From contig CANGEV010000013.1 in NCBI GenBank assembly GCA_947452995.1, forward strand, positions 2,033 through 66,032: DNA of 64,000 nt, written 5' to 3'. The notes below the pieces were generated by a model. The model had not been told where the DNA came from. It searched no databases and saw nothing but the letters and a program-made list of their open reading frames with translations. Positions 19,541-30,096 of this stretch are shown in pieces. Within the stretch, counting starts at the first letter, position 1. The number at the start of each line of letters is the position of its first letter. Source of the DNA: Chitinophagales bacterium. Lineage in GTDB: Bacteria > Bacteroidota > Bacteroidia > Chitinophagales > CAIODY01. Both the position numbers and the translations under genes were made by a program.

Positions 19541-20320
19541 ATGAAACGCATTGTCATTTTAGGTACGGGTAATGTAGCAACACGACTAGCGATCGCCTTT
19601 CACAAAACGGCCTATGAGGTTGTACAGATATACGGGCGTACACCTGCTTCGACCCGTAAGCTCGCTAAGCAAGTAGATGCGAAAGCATGCACCCAACTAG
19701 AAAAATTAGAACCAGCTGATTTATATGTGATAGCAGTAAAAGATGATGCAATTGAGAGTCTGGCAAAAGAATTATCGCTGATACATACCTTGGCACCTAA
19801 AGGAATCATCGTACATACGAGTGGCACAGTAAGCTCGCAAGTATTGCGTAAATTAGGCATTGCTTATGGCGTATTATACCCTTTACAAAGCCTAAAGAAG
19901 CAAGTAGCTATTGATTTCTTTCATGTTCCCTTTGGCGTTACAGGCGATACAATAAAAACGCGAAAAGCGCTTCACGAGCTAGCACGTAACTTATCGAAGC
20001 AGACCTTTATTATTAGTGATGAACAACGAATGGCTTTACACATCGCAGCTATCTTTGCAAATAACTTCACCCATTATATGTTAGTGCAGGCGCAGCAATT
20101 ATGTAAGGAACATAAGCTCGACTGGCGATTATTATTTCCACTGATTGAACACACCTTCAAACAAGCGAAACAAGCTGATCTAGCACAATTACAAACAGGT
20201 CCTGCTAGTAGGAACGACAAGAAAACATTAAAAGCGCACGACACCTTTTTGAAAAAGCAAAACAAGTCGCAAGAAAAAGTTTATCGCTTGATGAGTGAGA
20301 TGATTGGTGTTAAAAACTAA
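19541..20320 (+). CDS. Rossmann-like + DUF2520 protein (PanG-like ketopantoate reductase candidate)
   Basis: GTGNVA, HTSG, YPLQS, LHIAAIFANNF and QTGPASRND motifs. Confidence 0.85.
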   Translation: MKRIVILGTGNVATRLAIAFHKTAYEVVQIYGRTPASTRKLAKQVDAKACTQLEKLEPADLYVIAVKDDAIESLAKELSLIHTLAPKGIIVHTSGTVSSQVLRKLGIAYGVLYPLQSLKKQVAIDFFHVPFGVTGDTIKTRKALHELARNLSKQTFIISDEQRMALHIAAIFANNFTHYMLVQAQQLCKEHKLDWRLLFPLIEHTFKQAKQADLAQLQTGPASRNDKKTLKAHDTFLKKQNKSQEKVYRLMSEMIGVKN

Positions 20321-20802
20321 CGCACATTCTCCGGCAAGAATTGTCTTATATCCCCACCAGATTTTAATATCTCGCGAACAATCGTTGAGGAAATGGCGGC
20401 ATGCTCAGGCTTCGAAAGTAAAAACACTGTTTCCAACTCCGGTACTAATTTGCGATTCATTTCAGCGATCCCGGCTTCGAACTCATAATCCTTACTCGTG
20501 CGAATTCCTCGAATGATATAGTTTGCACATTGTGCCTTACAAAAATCAACTGTCAAACCTTCATACGACATCAAACGCACATTCATCAACATACCCAAAC
20601 TCTGCTGCAGCATCTGCATTCGCTTCGCAAGCGGGTACATGTATTGCTTAGAAGTATTTACTCCCATCGCAACAATTACTTCATCAAACATAGAGGCAGC
20701 ACGACGAATAATATCTACATGACCAATTGTAATTGGATCAAAACTTCCAGGAAAAACTGCAATTCGTTTCTTCAATTGCGTATGAGGTTGCATGCTTATC
20801 AT
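20317..20802 (-). CDS. coaD: Phosphopantetheine adenylyltransferase
   Basis: FPGSFDPITIGHVDII, IIRGIR and ISSTIVRE motifs. Confidence 0.97.
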   Translation of the reverse strand: MISMQPHTQLKKRIAVFPGSFDPITIGHVDIIRRAASMFDEVIVAMGVNTSKQYMYPLAKRMQMLQQSLGMLMNVRLMSYEGLTVDFCKAQCANYIIRGIRTSKDYEFEAGIAEMNRKLVPELETVFLLSKPEHAAISSTIVREILKSGGDIRQFLPENVR

Positions 20803-20811
20803 AAAAATAAT

Positions 20812-21765
20812 TTAGGTAATAGGTAGTCCGTTTTTTAAATCAATTTTATCTTTTACAAATTGCGATAAAGCAGCTATGAAAGGCTTATGCAAGGCCGCAC
20901 TTATAGTATATGGCGTTAAGTTGCAGGAACCATTCAACAACAATTGCTCGACCGGCAAATGCGCCATTTTACTTAATGGTAAGGCTTCGTACGCGCTAGC
21001 AAAACCATCGATCTGTCCTTGGCCTTCATGTATCACAATATGTTGTGTTGCATTACGCAATTCAACCGTGATCGGATGTCCTTCTTCCGTTAAACATTCA
21101 ACACTAAATCTGTTATCTGTACTTTGCAACTTTCCATTGAGTTCAATAAAACCAGCTCGCTTGGACGGAACAATCTGCTCTTCCAAATTGCTCGTATCAA
21201 AACTGCTCAGAGTGTTGTCGGTGAGATAATTATACAAATCAATAAAATGAATCGCATTGCACGCTAGTCCCCAATTTGAGCCACTCACACGCATGGTCCA
21301 ATCTTCCGAAAAGGCCGCTGCATGAAGCTTTTGATAATGCGGAAAATATCTACGCGGACAATTTACAAATGCTTTGACTTGCTTTGATTCTAACAATTGC
21401 GCAGCTTCTTCAAAATCCTCCAAACGCTGGAAGAGCACTTTCTCAAGAATCAAATATCGTATAGATGAAAGCGATAATAATTCACGAAGAACATTCATCC
21501 GAATATCTGCCGCAGTTGCAATAATAGCAATATCTACCGAAGCAGGTATAGCATTTAATGCGCTATGATAAAATACAGTATGATGCCCCATATCTAGAAC
21601 ATCAATATCCTTTTTTGCAGTAGCTAGGCTTTGTGGAAATGGATCCACTACATGAATTGAATAGGAGACATTAGAAAGCATAAGGCCTTGTAAATGCCTT
21701 CTACCAATATTTCCTGCGCCCACTAATACTATCGTAACTTTATTATTCATTTCACTTTTTATCAA
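20812..21765 (-). CDS. Gfo/Idh/MocA family oxidoreductase (PtmF-like)
   Basis: GAGNIGRRH, ILEKV and WGLACNAIHFID motifs; coupled to neuC. Confidence 0.8.
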   Translation of the reverse strand: MIKSEMNNKVTIVLVGAGNIGRRHLQGLMLSNVSYSIHVVDPFPQSLATAKKDIDVLDMGHHTVFYHSALNAIPASVDIAIIATAADIRMNVLRELLSLSSIRYLILEKVLFQRLEDFEEAAQLLESKQVKAFVNCPRRYFPHYQKLHAAAFSEDWTMRVSGSNWGLACNAIHFIDLYNYLTDNTLSSFDTSNLEEQIVPSKRAGFIELNGKLQSTDNRFSVECLTEEGHPITVELRNATQHIVIHEGQGQIDGFASAYEALPLSKMAHLPVEQLLLNGSCNLTPYTISAALHKPFIAALSQFVKDKIDLKNGLPIT

Positions 21766-22933
21766 AAAAGACTTTCTTTAAATCAACCTTTACTAACGCA
21801 CGTTTCATAATCTTCACCATCTCATTGGCGGTATTTCCTTTACCAAATGGGTACTTAGACTTTTTACACTCCTTTGTAAATTCCTTGCTCAAGCCTTTAC
21901 GAATTGCTCGAACAATTGAATTTGTATCATTCGCACAATCAATCACAGTAGAAGGCTTCATACGTCCCTTCTGTCGATCCCCAATATTGATGGTTGGATG
22001 TTTAAAATAAGGCATCTCAATTAAACCTGCTGAAGAATTGCCTATCATCAAATCAACATTAGCTAGTACGGATAAAAACCGTTGGGTTCCTAAGGAAGGT
22101 ACTAGCACGGTGTTTGGCCTATTATTTACAAATTCATGAATCGCATGATTCAAAATATCGCCATCCGTATCCGCATTACTTGTGTTGAATATGACCGACA
22201 ATTCAGGTACTTTATTCAAAGCATCGAAGAGTTGTTTCAGTTGTTGCAAACTTGTTCGTGGTTCAAGCGTCACCGGATGATAAGTCAATAAAGCACTTGC
22301 TTGTGTTAAATCGATTTGCAGCTCACGTGATAAAAATTTCTTATCAAATAATTTAACACGTTTGATATTATCTACAGCTATAGCACCTACATTAAACACA
22401 CGCTTAGGCTGTTCGCCCATTGCAATTAAACGCTGCTTATGTTCTTCGCAAGTGACAAAGTGAAGATGAGATAATTTAGAAATAGAATGGCGAAACCCTT
22501 CATCAAAAGCTCCTGCAGAAGTCTCTCCGCCATGTATATGCATGATTGGAATTTGCATTACATAAGCTGCAATGGCTGCAGCAAATATTTCATAGCGATC
22601 GCCTAATACAAGAATAGCATCGGGCCTATTGGATGCAAACTGTTTAGAGAAGCCTTCTACAGCTCTTGCAATATAGGTATTTATCGAAGTTGGATCTGTT
22701 TGTTTGATATTCAACTTTACCTTTCCAGCAATCTCACATTTCTCTTTTTCAATAAACTGAATCGTATTGCCGAATGCTTTTTCTAAATGCGCGCCTGTAA
22801 TTACAAATCGTGGTTGAAAAGATTTATCGGCCTGCATTGCCAAATAAGCAGGTTGCAATAGCCCGAAGTCAGCTCGACTACCACTTATAATATCAACCGT
22901 GAATTTGCTTTTGATATTATTTTTCATTTTCAT
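21752..22933 (-). CDS. neuC: Hydrolysing NDP-sugar 2-epimerase (NeuC/LegG)
   Basis: SGSRADFGLL, LGDRYE, HIHGGE, RHSISKLSHLHF, GNSSAG and NIGDRQKGR motifs. Confidence 0.92.
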   Translation of the reverse strand: MKMKNNIKSKFTVDIISGSRADFGLLQPAYLAMQADKSFQPRFVITGAHLEKAFGNTIQFIEKEKCEIAGKVKLNIKQTDPTSINTYIARAVEGFSKQFASNRPDAILVLGDRYEIFAAAIAAYVMQIPIMHIHGGETSAGAFDEGFRHSISKLSHLHFVTCEEHKQRLIAMGEQPKRVFNVGAIAVDNIKRVKLFDKKFLSRELQIDLTQASALLTYHPVTLEPRTSLQQLKQLFDALNKVPELSVIFNTSNADTDGDILNHAIHEFVNNRPNTVLVPSLGTQRFLSVLANVDLMIGNSSAGLIEMPYFKHPTINIGDRQKGRMKPSTVIDCANDTNSIVRAIRKGLSKEFTKECKKSKYPFGKGNTANEMVKIMKRALVKVDLKKVFFDKK

Positions 22934-23924
22934 TTATTAAAGCCCCCGCAACATAAGTCTGTTGAGCAGTTTTACCAATTAAATCATCCCAATGCATAGG
23001 ACTAATACCAGTACCTGGTCGACGTACACACAAATTATTTTGCGTAAAAATTTCACCAGCACGAATGGTTGTTCGAGCCATAATACTCTTCTTCGCCACC
23101 TTTGCATTTCGTAAGGCTGCCTCAGAAATCAGTTTGTCAGGGCTTCCCAGGGCTATTTCAATTCCACGTACCTTCTCAACTAATTCTTTCATCTCACGCG
23201 GCTCCAATGAAGCTTTATGATCCGGCCCAGGGAGTTGCTTATCGAGTGTAAAATGTTTTTCGACCACACTTGCTCCTAACGCAACAGCCGCCACGGCCAC
23301 TTCCCAGCCAAGGGTATGATCACTATACCCTACAGCGCACTTAAATTTATCCGCAATACTGCGCATCGCCAACAAATTCACATCCGTCAATGTAGTAGGA
23401 TATTCCGTATTACAATGTAAGATTGTCAATTGCTCGATCGGAACATTTAAAGTCTTCACCGCAAATTCAATTTCAGTCATATCACTCATCCCTGTCGAAA
23501 GGTAATAATGCGAAAACTTTCCAGCAAGATGACGTAAATAAGGCACATTGTTTATTTCCCCGGATGGTATTTTTACCTGTGAAACTTTAAGTCGATATAG
23601 CAAATCAATACTTGGAATATCAAAGGGTGTAGATAAAAAAGCAATCCCCTTCTTCACACAATAATCCATCAATAACACATGCTTTTCTTCATTTAACTCC
23701 AATCGTTTCAACATCGCAAACTGCGATTCATTTGCTTCAGTTGATTCCTTTTGATAAGCCGCCTTCGGTGCATCAATGTCCACTAACTCTTCTGTACAGA
23801 ATGTCTGAAACTTTACCATATCTGCACCAGCTTCCACAGCTGCATCTATCAGCTGATAAGCAAGTTCAATCGAACCATTATGATTAACCCCAGCCTCGGC
23901 AATTAAAATCACTTTCTGCGACAT
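22917..23924 (-). CDS. neuB: Nonulosonic acid synthase (NeuB/LegI)
   Basis: IAEAGVNHNG, KIPSGE, LHCNTEYPT, GYSDHT and EKHFTLD motifs; C-terminal SAF domain RPGTGISPM. Confidence 0.93.
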   Translation of the reverse strand: MSQKVILIAEAGVNHNGSIELAYQLIDAAVEAGADMVKFQTFCTEELVDIDAPKAAYQKESTEANESQFAMLKRLELNEEKHVLLMDYCVKKGIAFLSTPFDIPSIDLLYRLKVSQVKIPSGEINNVPYLRHLAGKFSHYYLSTGMSDMTEIEFAVKTLNVPIEQLTILHCNTEYPTTLTDVNLLAMRSIADKFKCAVGYSDHTLGWEVAVAAVALGASVVEKHFTLDKQLPGPDHKASLEPREMKELVEKVRGIEIALGSPDKLISEAALRNAKVAKKSIMARTTIRAGEIFTQNNLCVRRPGTGISPMHWDDLIGKTAQQTYVAGALINENEK

Positions 23925-24010
23925 ATAGTAAAGATAATAAGCTTGTATCAAAGCTTCACTATCCTTTTATCCTATACTAATTTCAATATCCACCTTTACT
24001 ATTCAAAAAC

Positions 24011-24114
24011 TGACAAATCGTCTATTAAAAAAAGCCAAAAAAGACAATATGTCGAGGAAATCAGCCAAATCAAGCACTTTTGACCAACATTTCAACAATG
24101 GCTCTGAAATTGCT
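24011..24114 (+). promoter_or_regulatory. Putative sigma54 promoter with upstream GACA-N3-TGTC sites for clpB
   Basis: TGGCTC-TGAAA-TTGCT at 24099-24114; GACAATATGTC at 24043-24053; GACAAATCGTC at 24012-24022. Confidence 0.6.
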
Positions 24115-24139
24115 GATGTAGCCTTATAAATCAAACAAT

Positions 24140-26734
24140 ATGAATTTGAATCAATTTACAATTAAGGCGCAAGAGGTCATACAAGCGACGCAACAAATTG
24201 CTTTCAATGCCAACCATCAACAAATGGATACCGCCCATTTGTTAAAAGCGCTCCTTAATGAAAGTGCCGACACGATGGATTATATTTTTAAGAAAAACAA
24301 TGTGAATGCCAACAATATACAGCAGCGCAATGAAACATTACTTAAAAGTATTGCGACGGTTAGCGCTGATCCAGCTCAATACATGTCGCGTGAGTTGAAT
24401 GCGGTTATCTTAAAAGCACAGTCACTACTCAAAACCTTCAAAGATGAATTCGTAAGCGTAGAGCATCTACTGCTTGCCATTCTAGCTGGTAATGACGCGG
24501 TCGCTAAACTTTTAAAAGAAGAAGGACTTACTGAAAACAATGCGAAAATAGCCATCCTAGATCTTCGTAAAGGAACAACGGTGAATTCACAAAATGCAGA
24601 TGCACAATACAACGCATTAAGCAAATATGGTAAAAATCTAAACGAGCTAGCTTCTGCCGGCAAACTAGATCCTGTCATTGGTCGTGATGAAGAAATTCGT
24701 CGCACCTTACATATTCTTTCACGCAGAAGTAAGAATAACCCAATTTTAGTTGGTGAACCAGGTGTCGGTAAAACAGCGATTGCAGAAGGGATTGCACACC
24801 GTATCGTGAATGGTGATGTACCAGAAAATCTAAAAAACAAAACTATCTTCTCCCTTGACATGGGCGCTTTAATGGCTGGAGCAAAATTCCGTGGCGACTT
24901 TGAAGAACGTCTAAAAGCGGTAGTGAAAGAAGTGAGCGAATCGAATGGAGAAATAATTTTATTCATCGACGAGATACATACCCTCGTAGGTGCAGGTGCT
25001 ACCGAAGGCGCGATGGACGCTGCAAATATTTTGAAACCTGCCTTAGCACGCGGTGAATTAAGAGCAGTAGGCGCAACCACCTTAGCAGAATATCAAAAGT
25101 ACTTTGAAAAGGATAAAGCCCTAGAACGTCGTTTCCAAAAGGTAATGATCGACGAACCGACTGTGGAAGACGCTATCTCCATCCTACGTGGATTGAAAGA
25201 GCGTTATGAAACACACCATAAAGTACGTATCAAAGATGAAGCAATTATTGCTGCAGTAGAACTTTCGAATCGTTATATCAGCGATCGTTTCTTGCCGGAT
25301 AAAGCCATCGACTTAATAGATGAAAGCGCCGCTAAGCTTCGTTTGGAAATGGATTCATTACCAGAAGAATTAGATGAATTGGAACGTAAGATCCGTCAGT
25401 TAGAAATCGAAAGAGAGGCGATTAAAAGAGAAAATGATGAAACGAAAGTAAACGAACTGTCTCTTGAAATCGCCGACCTAAGCGACGAACGAAATGCGTT
25501 GAAAGCAAAGTGGCAGCAAGAAAAACAAATCGTCGATGCGATTCAACTTTCGAAAAAACAAATCGAACAATATAAGCTAGAGGCCGAACAGGCCGAACGT
25601 AGCGGTGATTACGGTAAAGTAGCCGAACTACGTTACGGTAAGATCAAAGAGGCAGAAAATGAGCAAATACATTTACATGCTGAGCTCTTGCGCAAAAGTG
25701 AAGATGGAAACCGTATGTTGAAAGAAGAAGTCGATGCGGAGGATATTGCAGAGTCCATCGCGAAAGCAACAGGTATTCCAGTAACGAAGATGTTACAAGG
25801 AGAAAAGGAAAAACTATTACATCTCGAAGACGAATTACATAAGCGTGTCATCGGTCAGGATGAAGCTATCATCGCTGTTTCAGATGCCATCCGTAGAAGT
25901 CGCGCTGGTTTAGGGGACGCGAAACGTCCTATCGGATCGTTCATTTTCTTAGGAACAACAGGTGTTGGTAAAACGGAATTAGCGAAAGCGCTTGCAGAAT
26001 TTTTATTCGACGACGAAACGATGATGACGAGAATTGATATGAGCGAATATCAAGAGAAACATACAGTCAGTCGCTTAGTCGGAGCCCCTCCAGGTTATGT
26101 TGGTTATGATGAAGGCGGTCAATTGACAGAAGCTGTTCGTAGAAAGCCTTACTCAGTGGTACTTCTAGATGAAATTGAAAAAGCACATCCAGATGTGTTC
26201 AATATCTTACTGCAAGTATTAGATGATGGTCGCCTCACAGATAGTAAAGGTCGTGTGGTGAATTTCAAAAACACCATCATCATTATGACCAGTAATTTAG
26301 GCTCGCATATTATAGCCAGTCACTTCGATAAAATAGATGAGAAAGATGTTCCAGCCGCCTATGAGAAATCGAAAGTTGAAGTCATGGAACTCTTGAAACA
26401 TAGCCTACGTCCTGAATTGCTGAATCGTATCGATGAAGTATTAATGTTCAAACCATTGATGCGTTCAGAGATTCACAACATTGTGAAGTTGCAACTGAAG
26501 GAATTGAGTGACAAAGTAGAAGCACTTGGCTTCCAATTAGAATTAACACCATTTGCAGTAGATTATTTGGCTGAACAAGGCTTCGAGCCGCAATATGGTG
26601 CCCGTCCATTGAAAAGATTAATTCAAAAGGAAATCACCAATGCTTTAAGTAGAAAATTATTAGAAGGCAATCTCAACAAAGAAAAGCCTCTATTAATCGA
26701 TGTTTTCGACGATAAGGTGGTAGTGAGAAATTAA
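24140..26734 (+). CDS. clpB: ATP-dependent chaperone ClpB
   Basis: Two AAA+ modules ([16 protein letters not shown]), long coiled-coil middle domain, [12 protein letters not shown]. Confidence 0.97.
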   Translation: MNLNQFTIKAQEVIQATQQIAFNANHQQMDTAHLLKALLNESADTMDYIFKKNNVNANNIQQRNETLLKSIATVSADPAQYMSRELNAVILKAQSLLKTFKDEFVSVEHLLLAILAGNDAVAKLLKEEGLTENNAKIAILDLRKGTTVNSQNADAQYNALSKYGKNLNELASAGKLDPVIGRDEEIRRTLHILSRRSKNNPILVGEPGVGKTAIAEGIAHRIVNGDVPENLKNKTIFSLDMGALMAGAKFRGDFEERLKAVVKEVSESNGEIILFIDEIHTLVGAGATEGAMDAANILKPALARGELRAVGATTLAEYQKYFEKDKALERRFQKVMIDEPTVEDAISILRGLKERYETHHKVRIKDEAIIAAVELSNRYISDRFLPDKAIDLIDESAAKLRLEMDSLPEELDELERKIRQLEIEREAIKRENDETKVNELSLEIADLSDERNALKAKWQQEKQIVDAIQLSKKQIEQYKLEAEQAERSGDYGKVAELRYGKIKEAENEQIHLHAELLRKSEDGNRMLKEEVDAEDIAESIAKATGIPVTKMLQGEKEKLLHLEDELHKRVIGQDEAIIAVSDAIRRSRAGLGDAKRPIGSFIFLGTTGVGKTELAKALAEFLFDDETMMTRIDMSEYQEKHTVSRLVGAPPGYVGYDEGGQLTEAVRRKPYSVVLLDEIEKAHPDVFNILLQVLDDGRLTDSKGRVVNFKNTIIIMTSNLGSHIIASHFDKIDEKDVPAAYEKSKVEVMELLKHSLRPELLNRIDEVLMFKPLMRSEIHNIVKLQLKELSDKVEALGFQLELTPFAVDYLAEQGFEPQYGARPLKRLIQKEITNALSRKLLEGNLNKEKPLLIDVFDDKVVVRN

Positions 26735-28071
26735 TTCGTCTTCGATAGAAAACGCTGAAACCAATAACCCGAGTCTTTCACGATTCGGGTTTGGTCTTCA
26801 TAATCGACATAGATCAGACCAAATCGCGGACGATACGATTCAGCCCATTCGAAGTTGTCGGTGAGCGACCAAACAAAATAACCCTTTACTGGAAGTCCGT
26901 CTAGAACGCAGTTTTGTAATTCCTTCAAATGATTCACAAAATAGGACTGACGTTGTTGATCATCAATTCTTCCGTCAATCACTTGATCAGGGAATGCAGC
27001 TCCGTTCTCCGTTATGATAATATCTTTTACATTGCTATAAGCTGCGAATTTCTCTACCATCTCGCGCATAACAGGAGGATATACTTCCCAATTCATCGCT
27101 GTATGTTGTACAGAACGTTCGTTCGCTGGAATGAGCCTAGCTTGTAAATATGGAATAATAAATCGATGCGATACTACCTCTCTTGTATAAGGTTGAAGCC
27201 CGATAAAGTCGAAGTTACAAGGCAATATTTTTTCATCATTCGGACCAAAATAATCGTATACCTTTCGAAGGACCGGAAGCGATTTAACAGGATAGCCTAA
27301 GCCCATAGCAGGTTCGACAAACAATCGATTTAACATGGCATCCATTCTTTCTGCTGCTTGCACATCCTGCACACTTTGCGAATGCGGATGAATTCCTGTG
27401 CAAGAGTAAGTGGTTCCTACATATGAATTCGGGACATTACTTCTTATGACCATTTCGCCAATTGGCTGGCATAATGCTGCGTGATGCATAGCAGGCAAAA
27501 ACTGACTCAAGCCTCTTTTACCAGGTGCATGTAAGCCCAGAAAATAACCAACTCCAGTGAATGCTGTAGGTTCATTTAAAACCATCCAGTGTTTAACCTT
27601 ATCCCCAAATTCATTAGTCACTAAGTGTACGTAATCTTCAAAATAGTTGATGATATCTCTGTTTGCCCAACCACCTTTATCTTGTAGTGCTTGCGGTAGA
27701 TCCCAATGATATAAAGTACACCAAGGCGTAATACCTTTTAATAAACACAAATCAATGAGTCGATGATAAAAAGAAAGCCCTTTTTGATTTATCCTTCCAT
27801 GTCCGTTAGGAAGTATTCTAGACCAAGAAATAGAAAAACGAAAATTTTTAAAGCCTAATAATCCTAGCAATCGAATATCGTTCGGATATTGATGATAGAA
27901 ATCGCTCCCTTTAGCAGGACCATTATTCCCACTTAGATTTTTCGACTGAGCCGCGAAGGTATCCCAAATAGAAGGTCCTCTCCCATCCTCATTCCATGCC
28001 CCTTCCGACTGCGCAGCAGAAGTCGCCGCACCCCAAATAAAATCATCTCCAAACGCCCTTCGAGTAAGCAT
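26731..28071 (-). CDS. GH1 beta-glucosidase, cytoplasmic
   Basis: FIWGAATSAAQSEG, FRFSISWSRI, LNEP (acid/base), ITENG (nucleophile) and DNFEW; no signal peptide. Confidence 0.95.
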   Translation of the reverse strand: MLTRRAFGDDFIWGAATSAAQSEGAWNEDGRGPSIWDTFAAQSKNLSGNNGPAKGSDFYHQYPNDIRLLGLLGFKNFRFSISWSRILPNGHGRINQKGLSFYHRLIDLCLLKGITPWCTLYHWDLPQALQDKGGWANRDIINYFEDYVHLVTNEFGDKVKHWMVLNEPTAFTGVGYFLGLHAPGKRGLSQFLPAMHHAALCQPIGEMVIRSNVPNSYVGTTYSCTGIHPHSQSVQDVQAAERMDAMLNRLFVEPAMGLGYPVKSLPVLRKVYDYFGPNDEKILPCNFDFIGLQPYTREVVSHRFIIPYLQARLIPANERSVQHTAMNWEVYPPVMREMVEKFAAYSNVKDIIITENGAAFPDQVIDGRIDDQQRQSYFVNHLKELQNCVLDGLPVKGYFVWSLTDNFEWAESYRPRFGLIYVDYEDQTRIVKDSGYWFQRFLSKTN

Positions 28072-28080
28072 CCCTTCAAA

Positions 28081-29118
28081 TTATTGAAATAAAAACTGCT
28101 CTTCACCAATATACTCAGCACTCAAATTTTTACCAGCATGTATAACTATCTTCCCGACAATTAAATTGCGTTGATCCACATAATTCACCTTTGTATTAGT
28201 ACCATTCTCCATCCAATCGGCAATTTTTGGAAGATGTTTACGCTTCAATTTCTTGACAACACTTATTTTCATCTTTTTAAGAAACTCAGCATTGCAAGCT
28301 TGCTCATATTGCCCTTTCATAGGAATCACACATAACTTTTTCCCGAGGTACAGTGCTTCAGAAGTGGTACCAAATCCAGCATTACATAACACACCTTCAC
28401 AAGATGCCATCGCTGCTGTAAACTTTTTATTATCTAAAGGTTGAATATGAATCGTTCCTTCCACACGCTCTACAGTGGTTGTTTTTGAAAAAACTTCCCA
28501 CTTTGCAACGGGCAATCGACTTAATTGCTTAATTATTTTATCATCAGAATAGGATGGCAAATACACGACATAATGACCTTTATTAGTCACTTTAATATTC
28601 CGAACTTCATCACGAATAACTGGCGTAAAAATATTTAGGTCGAAGGCCTTATAATGAAATCCATAATTGATATTTGTGGGCGCATAACGTTTTAAGACCA
28701 TCCACCCTAACAAATCTTTACGCTTAGGACGTGGTGCTGAAGGATGTATCGTAGCAATTTGATTACTCAAGCCTACACAATCACGTTTTGCTAGTAAACA
28801 AGCCCATGCCGACACAGGCTCAAAATCACTAATCACCAGGTCATAGTCGTTGACTGGCAACTTCTTTATATCAGACAATAGCTGTTTGGTATTAGCTTGT
28901 AAATAGGTGCGCCATACATCCACACCGCCCTTCTTTCCGAAGAAAAAAGAAAGCCCTTTGAAACGATATTTCACAGGAAAGGGCAGCGCAATTTCACATT
29001 GCTCGCCACTGATTAATATATCTACATGACCGTGCTTTTGTAATTCGGGTAATAGTGCTATTGCTCGCGTTAAATGGCCATTCCCTGTGCCTTGAATTGC
29101 ATACAATATTTTCATCAT
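28081..29118 (-). CDS. GT-B glycosyltransferase, MJ1255/VC2487-like family
   Basis: MKILYAIQGTGNGHLTRA, ISDFEP, NAGFGTTSEALYLGK and GQYEQ motifs. Confidence 0.9.
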   Translation of the reverse strand: MMKILYAIQGTGNGHLTRAIALLPELQKHGHVDILISGEQCEIALPFPVKYRFKGLSFFFGKKGGVDVWRTYLQANTKQLLSDIKKLPVNDYDLVISDFEPVSAWACLLAKRDCVGLSNQIATIHPSAPRPKRKDLLGWMVLKRYAPTNINYGFHYKAFDLNIFTPVIRDEVRNIKVTNKGHYVVYLPSYSDDKIIKQLSRLPVAKWEVFSKTTTVERVEGTIHIQPLDNKKFTAAMASCEGVLCNAGFGTTSEALYLGKKLCVIPMKGQYEQACNAEFLKKMKISVVKKLKRKHLPKIADWMENGTNTKVNYVDQRNLIVGKIVIHAGKNLSAEYIGEEQFLFQ

Positions 29119-29996
29119 GCTTTCTTTTGTAAAGGAATCACATTAAACTCTTCCATCAATGATTGAAAGATTTCAGCCTGGTCTTTAGTTTCTATTTTTT
29201 CATCTTCCTCCTCTTCAAATTGCTCTAGCTCATATTTATAATGCACAAGTTCCCATTTGCCATCATTATACTCTAGTGCACTGCAATGTTCCACCCAATC
29301 TCCCGAATTCAAATAATCTATGTTATCTCCATTATCTAATGCGATCTTTCGTTTAGTAGGCTGGTGTATATGTCCGCAAACAACGTAATCATACCCTCTT
29401 TCGATAGCTATACTTGCGGCTGCCGATTCGAAATTGTTGATAAACTTCACAGCCGACTTCACACTGTTTTTAATATTCTTCGAAAGAGAAATTTTTTCCT
29501 TGCCGACTTTCGTCAACACCCAATTTATCACTGCATTTAAAACAATTAGAAAGTCGTATCCATGCGCCCCCAACTTCGTTAGCCACTTGGCGTGCTGCAT
29601 CGTAAAATCAAAAATATCACCATGAAAAAACCAATGCTTCTTTCCATCTAGTTCCAAAATCAACTGATTTTCGATCACCAAACCTCCCATATCAAAACCT
29701 ACAAATTTACGTAACAACTCATCATGATTTCCAGTGATATAATGTACGCGAACACCCTTCCCTGCCCACTTTAAAATCTGCTGCACCACCTGCATATGCT
29801 CCTTCGGCCAATATCTTTTACTGAATTGCCACATATCAATGATATCTCCGTTTAAGATCACTGTTTGTGGCTTGATGCTCTTCATGTATTGCAATAACTC
29901 TTTCGCATGACAACCATATGTTCCCAAATGAACATCTGAAATAACTAATACTTCCACCTTACGCTTCTTGCGCTTAATGTTCTCTTTGGTCTCCAT
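29115..29996 (-). CDS. Calcineurin-like metallophosphoesterase, PlcP / LpxH2-like phospholipase C
   Basis: SDVHLG, GDIID, GNHD (His, not the Arg of LpxH GNRD), HGD, GHIH and NSGDWVE motifs. Confidence 0.85.
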   Translation of the reverse strand: METKENIKRKKRKVEVLVISDVHLGTYGCHAKELLQYMKSIKPQTVILNGDIIDMWQFSKRYWPKEHMQVVQQILKWAGKGVRVHYITGNHDELLRKFVGFDMGGLVIENQLILELDGKKHWFFHGDIFDFTMQHAKWLTKLGAHGYDFLIVLNAVINWVLTKVGKEKISLSKNIKNSVKSAVKFINNFESAAASIAIERGYDYVVCGHIHQPTKRKIALDNGDNIDYLNSGDWVEHCSALEYNDGKWELVHYKYELEQFEEEEDEKIETKDQAEIFQSLMEEFNVIPLQKKA

Positions 29997-30096
29997 AAAA
30001 TACGATTGAAAATTGGAGCGTCGATGTGTGCTTCAAAAGGGAAGCATCGCTCTTTAATATATCCTTAAGACCAACGATAGTCTTTAACATCTAATA

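Noticed and set aside
24376-25080. 234-aa antisense ORF inside clpB, and other antisense or off-frame ORFs in dnaJ, carB, mfd and aspS
   Set aside because: Shadow ORFs of conserved genes; no recognisable motifs or independent expression signals.
29115-29996. Annotation as the lipid A enzyme LpxH
   Set aside because: The GNHD motif and glycosyltransferase context fit PlcP/LpxH2 better than GNRD-type LpxH.
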